Assembly (NCBI RefSeq): GCF_006345805.1
Contig: NC_043007.1
Location: 9,300,001 to 9,364,000, forward strand
Source of the DNA: Octopus sinensis
Lineage: Eukaryota
Length of the DNA stretch: 64,000 bases
Reading direction: 5' to 3'
Shown here: one piece after another, positions 62,196 to 64,000 of the stretch
Numbering within the stretch: the first letter of the stretch is position 1
Layout of the letters: each line of letters begins with the position of its first letter
Notes under the pieces: generated by a model
What the model was told of the DNA's origin: nothing
The model's database searches: none
Seen by the model: only the letters and a program-made list of their open reading frames with translations
Made by a program: the position numbers and the translations under genes

Positions 62196-62710
62196 GATCT
62201 TAACTGATTGGAAGTGTTATCATGTACATTGTTTTGTCTTGGTATAAAAGATGGGCTACAGCAAATATTCTGCTCAATACCACAGATTTGCTTGTCAGTT
62301 GTTTGACCTTAACCAGTTGAGCATGTCCCTTAGTGGCTGACGGTATGTGCATCTCTGATCACGAGCAGAAGTAGTGGGGGAGCGTCATAGCCATGTGTTG
62401 AGAGGGATTCTTTGGGGTTTGAATAATTCACCTCTGGAAACATGGGTGGTTCTTTCAACATCCATAAACAACCCTTATTCAGGGACCTTTTGAGCGGGAT
62501 GGGCTACTCAACCTGAAGAAAATTCTAACTGGGCCCCACCTGCAAGGTCATGTGCTGTTTATCTTGATATGAGATCACCATGTCGCGCACATATGGTTGT
62601 GATGCAAGTGTCTGGTGTACCCTTATCAGACGGGTAGTCATGATGGGTATATTGGGCTTCGTATATTTTACCCCAGTGTCACTTTGATGGCATGCACTGC
62701 TCTCTCACTC

Positions 62711-62745
<35 letters not shown>

Positions 62746-62775
62746 CAGCAACAACAACAACAACAATACTAATAA
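62196..62775 (+). mobile_element. Non-coding retroelement 3' region ending CTCTCTCACTC(AAT)n
   Basis: Flanked by (TAA)n on both sides. Its 3' 135 bp recur at 62779-62912. Confidence 0.65.
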
Positions 62776-62778
62776 TCC

Positions 62779-62930
62779 CCATGTTGTGCACATATGGTTG
62801 TGATGTATGTGCCTAGTGTACCCTTATCAGACGGGAGGTCATAATGAGTATCCTGGGCTTCCTATAGTTTAGCCCAGTGTCACTTTGATGGCATGTACTG
62901 CTCTCTCACTCAATAATAATAATAATGATA
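62779..62930 (+). mobile_element. Second, 5'-truncated copy of the same retroelement 3' end
   Basis: Alignable to 62578-62710 with many substitutions, with its own (AAT)n tail. Confidence 0.8.
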
Positions 62931-63060
62931 ATAAAGCTGAAATGATAGTGAAAGTGTCCGTGTGTTTATTGACAAAATGACCACACACAAACATGACAAT
63001 GTCTTTTTCAACGCACAATTTCATGTCAAAAATTTTACAAAACCAATACGTAAGCATACA

Positions 63061-63090
<30 letters not shown>

Positions 63091-63092
<2 letters not shown>

Positions 63093-63495
63093 GGCGCAGG
63101 AGTGGCTGTGTGGTAAGTAGCTTGTTTACCAACCACATGGTTCCGGGTTCAGTCCAACTGCGTGGCACCTTGCGCAAGTGTCTTCTACTATAGCCTCGGG
63201 CCGACCAAAGCCTTGTGAGTGGATTTGGTAGACGGAAACTGAAAGAAGCCCGTCGCATATATGTACATATATATATGCGTGCGTGTGTTTGTGAGTCTGT
63301 GTTTATCCCCCTAGCATTGCTTGACAACCGATGCTGGTTTGTTTATGTCCCCGTTACTTAGCGGTTCGGCAAAAGAGACCGATAGAATAAGTACTGGGCT
63401 TACAAAAGAATAAGTCCCGGGGTCGATTTGCTCGATTAAAAGGCGGTGCTCCAGCATGGCCGCAGTCAAATGACTGAAACAAGTAAAAGAGTAAA
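63091..63495 (+). mobile_element. SINE family B, full length
   Basis: AGGCGCAGGAGTGGCTGTGTGG ... GACTGAAACAAGTAAAAGAG. Confidence 0.93.
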
Positions 63496-63510
63496 GAGTA
63501 TACATAATAT

Positions 63511-63765
63511 CAAAGAGCATGGAGACTTGTAAATGCACATCCATATAATTCATGCTATAGTTATATACAGCATATTATAATGGCCTGCACGTGTCTCCAC
63601 TGCAGTGGCTACTTACAGTTGCAGATGCAACCTTGCAGTATTTTCGGTGCAGCTTCTTCAGTGTCTGTCCCCTTGGTCTTCTTGGAAGTGAACTGGTTGA
63701 AGTAAATTTTAGTTAGCATAACTATGAAATGTATTTTCTGAATGTACAAGTCTCCATACTCTTTG
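63511..63765. mobile_element. Possible MITE with 24-bp inverted ends
   Basis: CAAAGAGCATGGAGACTTGTAAAT (63511-63534) versus the reverse complement of 63742-63765, 22/24 matches. No TSD found. Confidence 0.5.
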
Positions 63766-64000
63766 CTACTATTAATACTAATATATACTCGAGGTGACCT
63801 TTACTGCTCAGCGTAGGACACCTGGATATACCTATCGGAAGAATTCACAGAGTGACTAACAACTAATTTTAAACGCAGACGGTGTATACTGGTTCGGTGT
63901 GGTTAACCGTCAACTGAAACTCAACTGAGAACCAACGCGGTATCGCCCGGATAATATATCCCTCCAAACTCACTTTTATATACACACACAGACACAGACA

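Overview
Eukaryotic, AT-rich DNA dense in microsatellites and interspersed repeats, with one 100-N scaffold gap (7874-7973). The SINE families, (TA)n/(TCTA)n/(GAT)n load and Penelope-type repeats point to an octopus or coleoid genome. That assignment is from my recognition of the repeats, not a database search. No complete host gene can be supported: nearly all track ORFs are microsatellite translations or transposon remnants, and the best host-gene evidence is a signal-peptide-like first coding exon at 53527-53592 (+). Supported content: about 30 tRNA-headed SINE copies in four families, five mariner remnants, two non-autonomous Helitrons, MITEs (one with an 8-bp TSD and TTAGGG repeats), and RTE, Tx1/L1, CR1-like, R4/Dong-like and possibly Gypsy fragments. 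The most notable signal, absent from the ORF track, is a set of type I hammerhead ribozyme motifs in short non-coding Penelope-like repeats next to (TA)n tracts. The best is a near-intact one at 19103-19172 (-) inside a 437-nt directly repeated unit. Also notable: an 8 x 45-bp alternating (90-bp higher-order) expansion inside a mariner transposase, SINE multimers with identical junctions, one SINE head carrying three different tails, and several fold-back hairpins that could be dsRNA/ADAR substrates.
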